IMG/VR virus record: IMGVR_UViG_3300022602_000027
Reading direction: 5' to 3' (one strand)
Origin: a virus
Lineage: Duplodnaviria; Caudoviricetes
DNA length: 64,000 nt
Shown here one piece after another: positions 45,871 through 56,591 of this stretch (position 1 is the stretch's first letter; each line of letters begins with the position of its first letter). The notes under the pieces are model-generated. The model saw only the letters and a program-made list of their open reading frames with translations, had not been told where the DNA came from and did no database searches. The position numbers were made by a program, and so were the translations under genes.

Positions 45871-46503
45871 TTAACCTAATGCGTTTTTACTACTATTCGC
45901 GCCGGGTGTTTGTACTGACTTAGTAGCGCCGATTGCTGGAACAGGAGCAGTTTGTACTGCATTGTCAAAGCGGATTGATAAGTCAATCATTACCGGACCT
46001 TGTTCTTTATAATCTAATGTTTGCCAGTTAGTTGATTCAACATAGCAACCATAACATTCCCATGTTTCTAAAACATTAGGGGTTTGCGATCCATTGCCGC
46101 CGTCTAACATTTCAATACGCATTGTGAATTTGTAATCACCAGCCGCAGCCGCTGAACTTTGTTCAAAGAAGTCAAATTGTTTCTGATTTTGTTCACCAAC
46201 TAAGCGACTAACATTACCGCTAACATCGTCACGCAATTTAACTGCAATAGGTTCCCAAGCTGGCTTGCCAGCATAGTGAATCTTACTATTGTAAATTTCA
46301 ATAACGTTATCTTGGAATTTAACGTTAGGACGACTTGCATCTGAAACTTGTTTTGTTAGTTCTGTTGTAGGAGTGCTTACACCAAAGTTTTCAAACGAAA
46401 TACGAAATCTGTATTTCAACTTTGGCATCAACATGCCTTGTGATGCCGCGCTCTGGTCGCTAGCTAAGGGTACTGTAAAGTTTGATAGTGCCGCAATTGC
46501 CAT
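45871..46503 (-). CDS. gp19: Tail tube protein
   Basis: PKLKYRFR, YAGKPAW and F.YD.A-like motifs; follows the sheath. Confidence 0.85.
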   Translation of the reverse strand: MAIAALSNFTVPLASDQSAASQGMLMPKLKYRFRISFENFGVSTPTTELTKQVSDASRPNVKFQDNVIEIYNSKIHYAGKPAWEPIAVKLRDDVSGNVSRLVGEQNQKQFDFFEQSSAAAAGDYKFTMRIEMLDGGNGSQTPNVLETWECYGCYVESTNWQTLDYKEQGPVMIDLSIRFDNAVQTAPVPAIGATKSVQTPGANSSKNALG

Positions 46504-46516
46504 TATATTCTCCTAA

Positions 46517-49500
46517 TTATTTGCCCAATCCTGCGACTGCGCCAGTGTTTTCTAAACGCAATGGAATGTAAATGAATTCCACTGCTTTAACTGGTTCAAT
46601 TGCGATGTCAACATACAACTCGTTAGCATCAATTCTGCTTGGAGTGTTGTTTGAAGTGTCACATACAACTAGATAGTCATATAGAGCACGTTCACCTGTT
46701 AAGTTAAGCAATAATTTTTCAATTTGTTGTTTAATTTCGTTACGTGTAATTGTATCGTTAGGTTCAAAAATGTATGGCTTAGCAATAGCATTTAATTGGT
46801 AACGTAAGTAAATTACTAAACGTGCAACGTTGATACGATCTAATGAACTAGCAACCAATTGACGTGTGTACTGTCCATAAGCTACTAATCCTGTACCGCC
46901 AATGTATGTAATTGGATTTACATGAACTGCGGCTAATGTATCACGCTGTCCTGTGTTTAAAGCAGTTGGATTAAATTCTCCTGTTTGTCCGTCAACATAA
47001 CCTACGCTACTTGCATTAGTTACACCGCCACGACGTACACCAGCTGGTGCAAACCATGGATAGCTAACATTGTCACTTAACGCGATTGTACGCAACATGA
47101 TATGACTTGGAGGAACAACGATGTCATTACCGTATAAGTCTGTTGTAAATGCCCATGGATAGTAAACTGCTGTGTTAGCGTCTGTTGTTACTAAACCTGC
47201 TTCGCCATCGCCAGTTGCATTGTTTACGTTGTTACCCCAGTTGCTTAAACTTGTAGCATCTGGTGTTAAGCGAGCTGGAGCATCAGCAACAATAAATGAT
47301 AGTAAACCGCGATCGTTATTTAGACTTACTAACGATGGCAGTGTTTCTAAATAACCTGGGCAACTGATAATATCAAATACGCGGCTGTCTTCATCGCGGA
47401 TTTGTTGATTACTATTAATCAATGCGTCTAATGCTTGAACAACAACAGCACGTTGAGCTTTACGTCCAAACTGTCCAACACCGCGATAGTCGTTTGGTGC
47501 GGCACTTACCCAACGATCTGGATAGTAGTAAGTCATGTATGGCTTGCCAGACATTAATGTATTTTGTGCGGCTGTGTTAACATAACCAGTTACATATTTC
47601 TTAACGTTAAATCCTGAACGACGTGTGTTCCATAGCAACATACCCTTTGGATATAGTGCTGGATTAGGAGCATCAAAGTCAACAAAGTCACTAGTAATCA
47701 ATGTACCTGATGTAGCACCTGCAATGTTCTGTGGACTTGCGGCACCTGTTTTTGCACTGGCACTATTTGTACTATCATCGTACCAACGTGCATCAGCAAA
47801 AATAATACCGTTTTGTGTTGTATGGTCTGCACTATTAACTAGTACCCATACTTTAGTTAAACTATTCCACTTGTAAAGTTGTGGCCATGTTTCTGTATTA
47901 CTTGAGTTTAACCATAAGTCACCATTTTGTAAACTACCACCTGTTGAGTTTGTAGTTGGTTGTGTAGCACTAATAATAGGACCATTAATATCTGTATTTG
48001 TTGCGGCATTAGAATATCCTACACCTTGGTTAACAACTACTTTACCAGCTGTTGAGCAATAACCTCTCCAGTATGTACCGTCATTAATCATGATGTCTAA
48101 ATCAGTAATAACTGTATCGTACCACAATGTACCATTTGCAGGAGTGGTTGTTGGTGCAGTTGCACTTGGTAATACTAGCGGAGTTGCACTAGCAATTGAA
48201 GCTGTATTAGCCCATGCTGTAACAAGATATTTTCCATCGCTACCAGTTGAGCTAGGATCTTGATAGAAGTTGCTAATACTAATTGTGCCTGAAGTAGTAA
48301 ATGCTTTATTAATTGGAGTATTTGTGCCGTCAGTAAAGCGAATGTCACCACCTTGTGTATGTGAAAGCACAATTTGATTGTTTGCATTAATTGTAGCTGT
48401 AACATTAGTTAATGTTTGCGCGGCATTATTAATTGCTGTAGCAAATGCTTGCGCATCAGTTGTAGCATTTCCTGTTGCTGTAAATGTAATTGCAGAACCA
48501 CTAACTTGTGGAGCTGCCAACATAGTTCCGCTACCAACTTGACTTGAAGAAAACGCTGTAACTGTATTGCTACCAGATGTAAATGTGCTAGCTGTAATTA
48601 CATTTGATGTTACTGTTGTAGCACCAGTTGATGTGCGTTGATAAATTTTGTAGTTAGCTAATGCAGGAGTTGCTTCTGTATCATTATATTTGATATAAAC
48701 TTGTCCAACTGGAATATTAGCACCACCGCCAGTTGCATCCAATGTGGCCATAGCTGATTGATTGTTTGGATATAACTGTGTTATAGCTTGTTGAATCCAG
48801 CTAGCTGTTGTGCCATTGTAATATTGAATATTAAAGTTAGCACCTAAGTTAACTGTTGTTGTTTTAATCCATAAACTACCTGTTGGATATCCATTTGTAC
48901 CTGAATATGTACCAGCTGAATAGTTACCATATTGTGGAACTTGATAATGTGGAGCAATAGTCAATGTTGGAGCATTGTATGTTCCAGCTGTCATACCTAA
49001 AGTTGTTAAACTTTGTGTACCAGCGGCAATAACTACTGCAACACCTGTTGAGTAGATGTTTAAGAATCCGTTTTGTACACTGGCTGTAATACCTGCGGTA
49101 GCTAATGCCGAACTAGCGTTAATTGCAGTTGCTAGTGTTGATAATGAAGTACCAGCATTGGTAATTGTGTTTGCATTGATAATGATTGTTTGACCACTTG
49201 TCAATGTTGGACTTGCCGCTGTTGAAGTAATTGTTGGCCATGATTTAACCCAAGCTGTTGTACCAACTTGAACCCATGCACTATTGCTTACAGCAATAGT
49301 TGATCCACCTGTACCATCATTGGCTGTGTTGTATGTCTTAAACCATAGGATGTTTGTGTTTGTAGCGGCTGAACATGCTACAACTGCGTAGTCGCCTGGA
49401 CTACCGTAACTGGCTAAAGGAGCATCATAAACATCTAATCCATCATTACCAGTCGCTGAGCTCAAATATTGTGTGCTAGTAATAACTGACAAGTTGTTAA

Positions 49501-50005
49501 TAGATTGTTGTTCTTGGAATGTTTGTCCGTTAGTTACAGTTGCGGCACTTGCGTTCCACTGGAATACACCGTAGTTTGTAGCTGTAGTATTCCACCAGTA
49601 TTGTCCAGCTGTTGGACTACCTGTTGGGATTGAAGCTGAACCTTCTAATTGAGCTAAGTCAACGTTAGCACGTACTACGTATGCTTGATTGCTTACACCT
49701 AAGAAACTGTAGGCAGCTTGTAGACCATATTCATTAACTTCACCAGCATTAACTGGATTGTCTTCTGCATCAGTTTGGAAGTAAGGTACACCAAATGTAG
49801 CGCCTAAGTCTGCTTGACTTGTTAATAGATATACTGCGCCAGCATTTGCTGTAAGTGTTCCTGGAGCAGTTCCTGTTCCAGCTGAATTCATTTTGTTCGC
49901 TTGCGTAGCGACTACGATTAAAGGTACGGTACCGGGTGCGGCTGGTGTGTAGAACGATTCGTCTACAACGGTTACGCTTACGCCTGGTGAACTTAATTGA
50001 GCCAT
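46517..50005 (-). CDS. gp18: Contractile tail sheath protein (expanded, 1162 aa)
   Basis: SPGVSVTVVDES N-terminus; PWFAPAG..RG, INVARL, FEPND..TR and EFIYI C-terminus. Confidence 0.92.
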   Translation of the reverse strand: MAQLSSPGVSVTVVDESFYTPAAPGTVPLIVVATQANKMNSAGTGTAPGTLTANAGAVYLLTSQADLGATFGVPYFQTDAEDNPVNAGEVNEYGLQAAYSFLGVSNQAYVVRANVDLAQLEGSASIPTGSPTAGQYWWNTTATNYGVFQWNASAATVTNGQTFQEQQSINNLSVITSTQYLSSATGNDGLDVYDAPLASYGSPGDYAVVACSAATNTNILWFKTYNTANDGTGGSTIAVSNSAWVQVGTTAWVKSWPTITSTAASPTLTSGQTIIINANTITNAGTSLSTLATAINASSALATAGITASVQNGFLNIYSTGVAVVIAAGTQSLTTLGMTAGTYNAPTLTIAPHYQVPQYGNYSAGTYSGTNGYPTGSLWIKTTTVNLGANFNIQYYNGTTASWIQQAITQLYPNNQSAMATLDATGGGANIPVGQVYIKYNDTEATPALANYKIYQRTSTGATTVTSNVITASTFTSGSNTVTAFSSSQVGSGTMLAAPQVSGSAITFTATGNATTDAQAFATAINNAAQTLTNVTATINANNQIVLSHTQGGDIRFTDGTNTPINKAFTTSGTISISNFYQDPSSTGSDGKYLVTAWANTASIASATPLVLPSATAPTTTPANGTLWYDTVITDLDIMINDGTYWRGYCSTAGKVVVNQGVGYSNAATNTDINGPIISATQPTTNSTGGSLQNGDLWLNSSNTETWPQLYKWNSLTKVWVLVNSADHTTQNGIIFADARWYDDSTNSASAKTGAASPQNIAGATSGTLITSDFVDFDAPNPALYPKGMLLWNTRRSGFNVKKYVTGYVNTAAQNTLMSGKPYMTYYYPDRWVSAAPNDYRGVGQFGRKAQRAVVVQALDALINSNQQIRDEDSRVFDIISCPGYLETLPSLVSLNNDRGLLSFIVADAPARLTPDATSLSNWGNNVNNATGDGEAGLVTTDANTAVYYPWAFTTDLYGNDIVVPPSHIMLRTIALSDNVSYPWFAPAGVRRGGVTNASSVGYVDGQTGEFNPTALNTGQRDTLAAVHVNPITYIGGTGLVAYGQYTRQLVASSLDRINVARLVIYLRYQLNAIAKPYIFEPNDTITRNEIKQQIEKLLLNLTGERALYDYLVVCDTSNNTPSRIDANELYVDIAIEPVKAVEFIYIPLRLENTGAVAGLGK

Positions 50006-50118
50006 TGTGTTATCTCCATGATGACATACTGTTAATGTATTTATGGCTTTTGGACTTTTTGTACGAGTTATAGCGCCAGAAAAAGGGGTAAAAAAGGTGC
50101 GATTTTTTAAATATACAC

Positions 50119-50448
50119 ATGAGACCTTTATGCAACATGTGCGGTACTAGACCCTCGGCTATTAACTATCGTAAGCAAGGACGCATTTACTATAGACGTA
50201 AATGTGAAGGGTGTCTCGGTGGTAGGGGAGTTGCACGATGGTATCAGGCAGGATACCGTATTAAAAACGCTTGTGATAAATGCGGATTTAAATCACCCTA
50301 CAAAGAAGTATTTGCTGTATTCCATGTTGACGGAGATCTAAATAATTGCCGTCACTCTAATCTTAAGACTGTGTGTGCAAATTGTCAACGAGTCCTTCAT
50401 AAAGAGGGAGTTCGCTGGAGGCAGGGCGACCTAGTGCCTGATTTATAA
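50119..50448 (+). CDS. Zn-finger HNH-like protein
   Basis: CNMC, CEGC, CDKC, FHVDGDLNN..NLKTVCANC. Confidence 0.78.
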   Translation: MRPLCNMCGTRPSAINYRKQGRIYYRRKCEGCLGGRGVARWYQAGYRIKNACDKCGFKSPYKEVFAVFHVDGDLNNCRHSNLKTVCANCQRVLHKEGVRWRQGDLVPDL

Positions 50449-51070
50449 CACTCTTAATTTGAGTATATAAGTCGTCAATAGTTTCGTTATTATCTAAAGT
50501 ATAATCAAACTTAGTACCAACCCATGCTGTTTCGCTAGCATGAATTCCTACATTTTCTAATATACGTTTGCTAGTTGCCCAAGTTATATTCCCGTCTGGG
50601 CCTCTATTGGCACTTACTGCGGCATCATACCAGTCGGGTTCTGGACCACGAACAACACGTACTACAATACCGCCAGCGGCTTTAATTGATTTAATTTCAT
50701 TAGGAAAACGGCAGTCACTAATAACTATGTCATCTTTCGAGTTGCGTAGTTTATTCTCTAATGCGGCAATCCAAATATCGTCATGAAAAGCCTTGCGACA
50801 AACTTCAGTACCCCAGTATTGTAATACCCAACGCGGTGTTAAATTAGGCATGTTTAAGCGTTCTGCCCACCAAGGATCTACTTGTTCGCGCCACTCACGG
50901 GCTTGTTTTGTGCGTCCTTCTAGCATAGTGCGGTCCCATCCAAACACTTGTGCTACTGCATCTTTGAGTGAATTTGCAAACGATTCTCGTCGAAATCCGT
51001 GGAAGTTTGTCAAGTAATCAGCAATAGTATCTTTGCCAGAACCAATAAAACCGCATACGCCAATAATCAT
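50363..51070 (-). CDS. gp1: Deoxynucleoside monophosphate kinase
   Basis: GFIGSGKDT, PRWVLQYWGTE, ISDCRFPNE and HASE motifs. Confidence 0.9.
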   Translation of the reverse strand: MIIGVCGFIGSGKDTIADYLTNFHGFRRESFANSLKDAVAQVFGWDRTMLEGRTKQAREWREQVDPWWAERLNMPNLTPRWVLQYWGTEVCRKAFHDDIWIAALENKLRNSKDDIVISDCRFPNEIKSIKAAGGIVVRVVRGPEPDWYDAAVSANRGPDGNITWATSKRILENVGIHASETAWVGTKFDYTLDNNETIDDLYTQIKSVINQALGRPASSELPLYEGLVDNLHTQS

Positions 51071-51093
51071 AAGAATCCCCTGTAAGTAGTGCT

Positions 51094-51123
51094 AGTATAT
51101 AACACTTTTATTACAGGGGTCAA
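51094..51123 (-). promoter_or_regulatory. sigma70-like promoter TTGACC-N18-TATACT
   Basis: Upstream of dNMP kinase; CCCCTGTAA inverted repeat around it. Confidence 0.55.
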
Positions 51124-51130
51124 ATTTTTA

Positions 51131-51919
51131 TTAGCCAGTTATGAAGTAATAACCAGTACCACCGGCTACTAATGTTTCCAATTCTTTATCTAATTTTTCC
51201 AATTCTTCTTTGGCTTCAGACAGCATAGCTGTACCGTTAAGTGTAATCGGACTGCCTGGTCCTGCAACTGATGCAAACTTGCTACGAGCTTGTCCTAACA
51301 TTTGTTTACATAATGCTAGTGTGTAAGTTTCTAGCCAGTGACGAGCTTGATAGTCTTGTAGTAATACCCAGTCTGGACGATAGTTATAGCATTGTACAAG
51401 TATCTGTTCACCTTGTGCAAAAGGACGTTGGAGGATATTTAAAATATGAGTAGTTGGCTTCCAAAGGAATTCAATATAACTACCAAACATACGTCCAACT
51501 AGTTTTTGATAGCCAGCAAAAGCATCATAAGTTGCTAGTCCGCCCATCATGCTACCTGACATCATATATGTATTGGTATATGCCAAGTTAAAGGGTTCAA
51601 ACAAAGTACCACCAGCACCAATACCGGTACGGCTACCAATAGCGCGGCGAAATACTTGACGTACTGTAATAACTTCATCAGGTAATCTGTATTCATTTTG
51701 ATCCTGTATAAGCTCTAAAAACATATAGCTTTCTTCTACAGCATTTGAACTGCGCTGACGGTATCTGCTAAGAGCACGATCTAAGCCCATTTCGTAATGT
51801 GCATCATCTAGTTCAACATCAACCATGCCGTCACCCAGCATTTTTCTACAGTAGTCAAATACTTTATTTCGCTCTACTACAGAAGTACTTTGTGTGCTTG
51901 ATGGTAAGGAATCGGCCAT
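51131..51919 (-). CDS. gp13: Neck protein (gp13-like)
   Basis: LGDGMVDVEL and ALCKQMLG..RSKF..GPG..ITLNG pattern. Confidence 0.82.
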   Translation of the reverse strand: MADSLPSSTQSTSVVERNKVFDYCRKMLGDGMVDVELDDAHYEMGLDRALSRYRQRSSNAVEESYMFLELIQDQNEYRLPDEVITVRQVFRRAIGSRTGIGAGGTLFEPFNLAYTNTYMMSGSMMGGLATYDAFAGYQKLVGRMFGSYIEFLWKPTTHILNILQRPFAQGEQILVQCYNYRPDWVLLQDYQARHWLETYTLALCKQMLGQARSKFASVAGPGSPITLNGTAMLSEAKEELEKLDKELETLVAGGTGYYFITG

Positions 51920-51964
51920 TTTTTACTCTCCTAAGTATATTTAGCTATCGATAAATATGTTACT

Positions 51965-53428
51965 ATGCCAAGATTAAGTCTATATAAACCGGAAAAAGGC
52001 AATGACTATAAGTTCATTGACCGCCAAGCTAGCGAAATGTTCACAGTAGGCGGTACAGACGTCTATTGGCACAAATATTTAGGTGCTAATACTAGTGCTG
52101 AAAATGCCACTGCGGACCAACCTAATTACCCAAGTGCAAAACTAACAAATATACAAGATTTGTTATTTTTAGAAAACCGCGATCGCACCTATGATACAGA
52201 GATTTATCGAGGACGTGGAATTTATAACGTTCAAAATATTGATTTTAACCTAAGTCAATTTGGTCTTTTTATTGACAATGACACGCTGTATATGAGTGTG
52301 CATATTAATGATATCATTAAAACATTAGGACGTAAACCAGTTACAGGAGATGTAATAGAGTTACCCCACTTACGAGATGATTTTGCTATTAATGATTTAA
52401 ACGTAGGATTACCGAGATATTATCAAGTAACAGACGTTGGTCGTGCTTCAGAAGGTTTTTCAGTTACTTGGTTCCCACACATCTACAGAATAAAATTAAA
52501 ACGTGTTGCTAACCAACAGCAATTTGCACAAATTTTTAGTGCGCCAGCAACTGACGTTAATGGCGATCCAGTAGTTGGAGCAAACACTACATTAGCTGAT
52601 TTGTTAAGCACTTACAATACTACATTAGGTATTACTAATCAAGTTGTAGCTCAGGCAGAAGCCGATGCTCCAATGAGCGGATATGAAACTAGACAATTTT
52701 ATACACTAGCAGTTGATCCTAATACGGGTAAACCAATTGTTAAAACAGCAGACGAATCAGATTTAGATGCTAGTCAAATAAGTTATCTTGCAAATGAAAA
52801 CGCCGGAGTACCAGTGCGTACTGGTTATACTGGATATTTAATTGGTGATGGCTATCCAGTTAATGGTTATGCATTTGGATTTGGAATTCAGTTTCCTGAA
52901 AATCCCGGGGTAGATGATTTCTTTTTACGTACAGACTTTTTGCCCAACAGATTGTTTCGATTTGATGAAAAGTCTAGTGCTTGGATTAAAGTAGAGGATG
53001 CTGTACGTATGGACATGACACAAACTGATTCACGTAGCACACTCAAAACTGGATTCATTAATAACAACAATTACACTTACAATGGACAAGTTGCTAGTGA
53101 TGTTGTAACATTAACATCTGGTTCTACTACTGTGTTTACTAGAATTTTATTTGCTACCGGAAGTGCAGTACCATATGTTGTTCTTAAACAAGGTATAACA
53201 ACAATGGCGTATGCATTAAGTGATTATCCAACTACATTGTATAGCACCTATACATACACAAGTCCGGCAAATACAACATCGGCTTGTTTAAAAATTACTT
53301 TACCTGTAATCAATGACGAACAACAAACCATACCAGTTGGCGGACAATGGACTGTAACACTATATAACACAAGAGAAGCAGAACGACAAAGCCTGTCAAC
53401 TGCTCTTAAACCTAAGGCGGACTTCTAA
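51965..53428 (+). CDS. gp14: Neck/head-closure protein (gp14-like) with C-terminal extension
   Basis: LSQFGLF, P.TGDVIELPHL and RLFRFD. Confidence 0.7.
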   Translation: MPRLSLYKPEKGNDYKFIDRQASEMFTVGGTDVYWHKYLGANTSAENATADQPNYPSAKLTNIQDLLFLENRDRTYDTEIYRGRGIYNVQNIDFNLSQFGLFIDNDTLYMSVHINDIIKTLGRKPVTGDVIELPHLRDDFAINDLNVGLPRYYQVTDVGRASEGFSVTWFPHIYRIKLKRVANQQQFAQIFSAPATDVNGDPVVGANTTLADLLSTYNTTLGITNQVVAQAEADAPMSGYETRQFYTLAVDPNTGKPIVKTADESDLDASQISYLANENAGVPVRTGYTGYLIGDGYPVNGYAFGFGIQFPENPGVDDFFLRTDFLPNRLFRFDEKSSAWIKVEDAVRMDMTQTDSRSTLKTGFINNNNYTYNGQVASDVVTLTSGSTTVFTRILFATGSAVPYVVLKQGITTMAYALSDYPTTLYSTYTYTSPANTTSACLKITLPVINDEQQTIPVGGQWTVTLYNTREAERQSLSTALKPKADF

Positions 53429-54894
53429 TGCAATGGTTTTATGACGGACAAGTAAGACGATATCTTACACAAACAATTCGTGTTTTCAGTAACTTTGTAG
53501 TCAAGTACGGTGACGGTACATTGCATCCAATTCCTGTAATTTACGGTGATCAAGATCGTCAAGTTGCTAGTATATTAAATCAGAATTCAGAAAATTCTAT
53601 TGCAACTGTGCCTAAGATTGCTATCTATATAACTGGTTTAGAATTAGATCGTAATCGATTATCAGATCAAACTTATGTAGGTAAACTTAATTTTCGAGAA
53701 AGAGACGTTAATAGCGTTACTGGAAAATATACTACTAACCAAGGACGAAACTATACCGTAGAACGTCTAATGCCAACTCCATATAATTTAAAAATGAAGT
53801 GCGATATATGGGCATCAAGCACGGATCAAAAGTTACAAATACTTGAACAAATTCTAGTATTGTTTAATCCAAGTTTAGAACTACAAACTACAGACAACTA
53901 CATTGACTGGACTAGTTTAAGTGTATTAAATTTAGTTGATGTAACATGGAGTAGTCGTCAAGTTCCACAAGGAACGGACTCTGCAATTGACGTAGCATCA
54001 TTAACATTAGAAGCACCTGCATGGATCAGTCCGCCAGTTAAGGTTAAACATCTTGGAGTTATTACTAAAGTTATTACTAGTTTATACGGCTCAGAAGGCA
54101 CATATCCTAACGGGTACATTGACGGATTAGGCATTGACCCTGCACTACAGGGTAACAGCAATAGCACTAATTTTAGCGACTTGTTGGCTACAGAAGTAAC
54201 TACGATTACTGGTTATACTATTCAAGTATATAATGGGCAAGCTAGATTGTATGACAGTACTGATGGTTTTGTGCCATACGAACCTAGTTTAGATATTCCA
54301 GCATCTACAGGAACACCTGTAGATTGGATGAGTTTATTTGCACAATATCCAGGGCAATATGTTGCAGGGTCTAGTCAAATATACCTACAACAAACCACAG
54401 GAACTTATGTTATAGGAACTATTGCTGTTAACAGTCTAGATTCAACTATATTACAAGTTAATTACAATCCAGATACTTACCCTAGCAATACAGGCATTGA
54501 CAGTAACGGATTGTTATCAACTGATCCTGGTTATAATGCCGCAGGCAGTTATCGTGCCAACAGCCCAGGAACATTTGATGCTATTATAAATCCACAAACA
54601 TTTGTTCCTAATGCTCCTACAGCAGGAACTCGCTATCTTATCATAGAAGATATAGGAAATAGTATCAACGCAAATCCAGCAACAGCATGGGGCAGTTTAG
54701 TTGCAGTTACCAATGATATTATTGAATACACAGGTTCTGCATGGCAAGTTATTTTTAATGCCGTTCAAGAATCAGACACTATGATATGGCAGACGAATAT
54801 ATACACTGGAGTTCAATACTTATGGAACGGAGTTTCATGGGTTAAGAGCTTTGAGGGTGAATATAAGTCTGCACAATGGAAAATCATACTATAA
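53428..54894 (+). CDS. gp15: Tail terminator/sheath stabiliser (gp15-like)
   Basis: VERLMPTPYN, QILEQILVLFNPSL and WISPP. Confidence 0.82.
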   Translation: MQWFYDGQVRRYLTQTIRVFSNFVVKYGDGTLHPIPVIYGDQDRQVASILNQNSENSIATVPKIAIYITGLELDRNRLSDQTYVGKLNFRERDVNSVTGKYTTNQGRNYTVERLMPTPYNLKMKCDIWASSTDQKLQILEQILVLFNPSLELQTTDNYIDWTSLSVLNLVDVTWSSRQVPQGTDSAIDVASLTLEAPAWISPPVKVKHLGVITKVITSLYGSEGTYPNGYIDGLGIDPALQGNSNSTNFSDLLATEVTTITGYTIQVYNGQARLYDSTDGFVPYEPSLDIPASTGTPVDWMSLFAQYPGQYVAGSSQIYLQQTTGTYVIGTIAVNSLDSTILQVNYNPDTYPSNTGIDSNGLLSTDPGYNAAGSYRANSPGTFDAIINPQTFVPNAPTAGTRYLIIEDIGNSINANPATAWGSLVAVTNDIIEYTGSAWQVIFNAVQESDTMIWQTNIYTGVQYLWNGVSWVKSFEGEYKSAQWKIIL

Positions 54895-55325
54895 AAGAAT
54901 CAATAGTTTGTAGCGGAGCATTGTTTTACGCTAAATCTACACGACGATTCCTTTTACTGCAAAAAGCCCACGGTAAACACGAGGGCACTTGGGGGCTAGT
55001 GGGTGGTACTAACATTGTTGGAGAAACTCCATGGCAGGGGTTACAGCGTGAAATTACTGAAGAAATTGGTGTACACCCAAAAATAATTAAAACAATCCCC
55101 TTAGAAACATTTGTTTCAAACGATAGAGTTTTTAACTTTCACACATACTTGTGTGTAGTCGAAGACGAATTTGTGCCAACTTTAAGCGATGAGCACCAAG
55201 GGTGGGCGTGGGCTATTATAGATCGTGCACCTAAACCCCTGCATCAAGGATTGCGTAATAGTTTTTCAAGCAAAACTATTCGTACAAAATTACAAACAGT
55301 ATTTGATTTAGTGGAGCTAATCTAA
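54876..55325 (+). CDS. Nudix hydrolase
   Basis: GG...GETPWQGLQREITEEIG Nudix box; LSDEH. Confidence 0.88.
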   Translation: MENHTIKESIVCSGALFYAKSTRRFLLLQKAHGKHEGTWGLVGGTNIVGETPWQGLQREITEEIGVHPKIIKTIPLETFVSNDRVFNFHTYLCVVEDEFVPTLSDEHQGWAWAIIDRAPKPLHQGLRNSFSSKTIRTKLQTVFDLVELI

Positions 55326-55945
55326 TGGATTCAAGAATTGATAACATATACGTTACCCCAATATATGTTGCTACTATTACAGAGCAAGAGGGATTCAATT
55401 TAATACAGCAAGAAGCTAAAAAAGCAATTGAAGCTTCTAAATTTTCAAGCAGAGAAGAATGGGGTCCAACTCATTATCTTTCTTCTACTACTTTTATTAA
55501 TGATGTTATTAAAGAACAAAACATGCAGATATTTTCTGCGGTAATGCATTCTCATTTAAAAGAGTATATGGATATTGTTGGGTTTGCCATGAGACCTTAT
55601 ATGGTAACTAGCTGGTTTAGTCTATTCCAACAACATCAATATGGGCAAATTCATACTCACGGAAACGCTGATGTTAGCGGTTGTTACTATGTAGAAACTT
55701 CAGGTGACGATGGAGATTTCTTTTTTGAAGACCCAAGACCGTCTAATGAAACTAGTTATGTGTTCAGCGGAAGATACATGTCTGGTCGTCGAGGATATAA
55801 ACCAAAGGTAGGACAAATGTTAATGTTTCCCGGTTACTTACCTCACGGTATTAAAACAAATACTAAAACTACAGATAGAGTTAGTTTAAGTTTTAATATT
55901 AAATTTATAGATCCACGATGTGAATTAAAGCAGAACAATGGTTAA
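55325..55945 (+). CDS. 2OG-Fe(II) oxygenase (HxH type)
   Basis: HTH..VSGCYY..MFPGYLPHG..RVSLSFN. Confidence 0.87.
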   Translation: MDSRIDNIYVTPIYVATITEQEGFNLIQQEAKKAIEASKFSSREEWGPTHYLSSTTFINDVIKEQNMQIFSAVMHSHLKEYMDIVGFAMRPYMVTSWFSLFQQHQYGQIHTHGNADVSGCYYVETSGDDGDFFFEDPRPSNETSYVFSGRYMSGRRGYKPKVGQMLMFPGYLPHGIKTNTKTTDRVSLSFNIKFIDPRCELKQNNG

Positions 55946-56591
55946 AAAAATAGGAATTTTTGGAGATAGTTTTTCAGACCCAACGTGGAATGATAATAGT
56001 TACCAATCATGGCCTGAAATGTTAGCCGACCAATATCAAGTTACTAATTATTCTAAAAATGGATCTAGTCTTTGGTATTCTTATCAAAAATTAAAAAAAC
56101 ATATTTCAGAATTTGATGCTTGCGTTTTTGTTGCTACAATATGGGGAAGATTTTATCTAGAAGGATTAGATAAGCATTTAAATATTAATACAAATACATG
56201 GCCAACACAGCACGGTGTTAATTTAGGACAAACTTATTATGAATACTTTTTTTCGTTTGAGAGAGAACAAGTATTTCATAACTTCATGATTAACGACATA
56301 TTAAATTTAAAAAATGTTATTTTTATTCCAGCATTTCAAGAATGTGTAATTGATAACAAAGGTATTTCTCTTAATCATTATGCTAATGCTGAACTTCATC
56401 ACTATGGAGTATTAAATTATCAAGGTCCAGATGACAGAAAATGTCATCTTACTATTGAAAACAACAAGACAATTTATAAAAAAGTCTTAAATGCTATTGA
56501 ATCTAATTTAAATAGCATAGAGTTTTCAATGGACGAATTTATTCCGCCGTCTGAGCCGTTTAATTTTTATCTAAATCGAAACATAAAATGA
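55938..56591 (+). CDS. SGNH-hydrolase-like hypothetical protein
   Basis: IFGDSFS, NYSKNGSS and CHLT. Confidence 0.6.
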   Translation: MVKKIGIFGDSFSDPTWNDNSYQSWPEMLADQYQVTNYSKNGSSLWYSYQKLKKHISEFDACVFVATIWGRFYLEGLDKHLNINTNTWPTQHGVNLGQTYYEYFFSFEREQVFHNFMINDILNLKNVIFIPAFQECVIDNKGISLNHYANAELHHYGVLNYQGPDDRKCHLTIENNKTIYKKVLNAIESNLNSIEFSMDEFIPPSEPFNFYLNRNIK

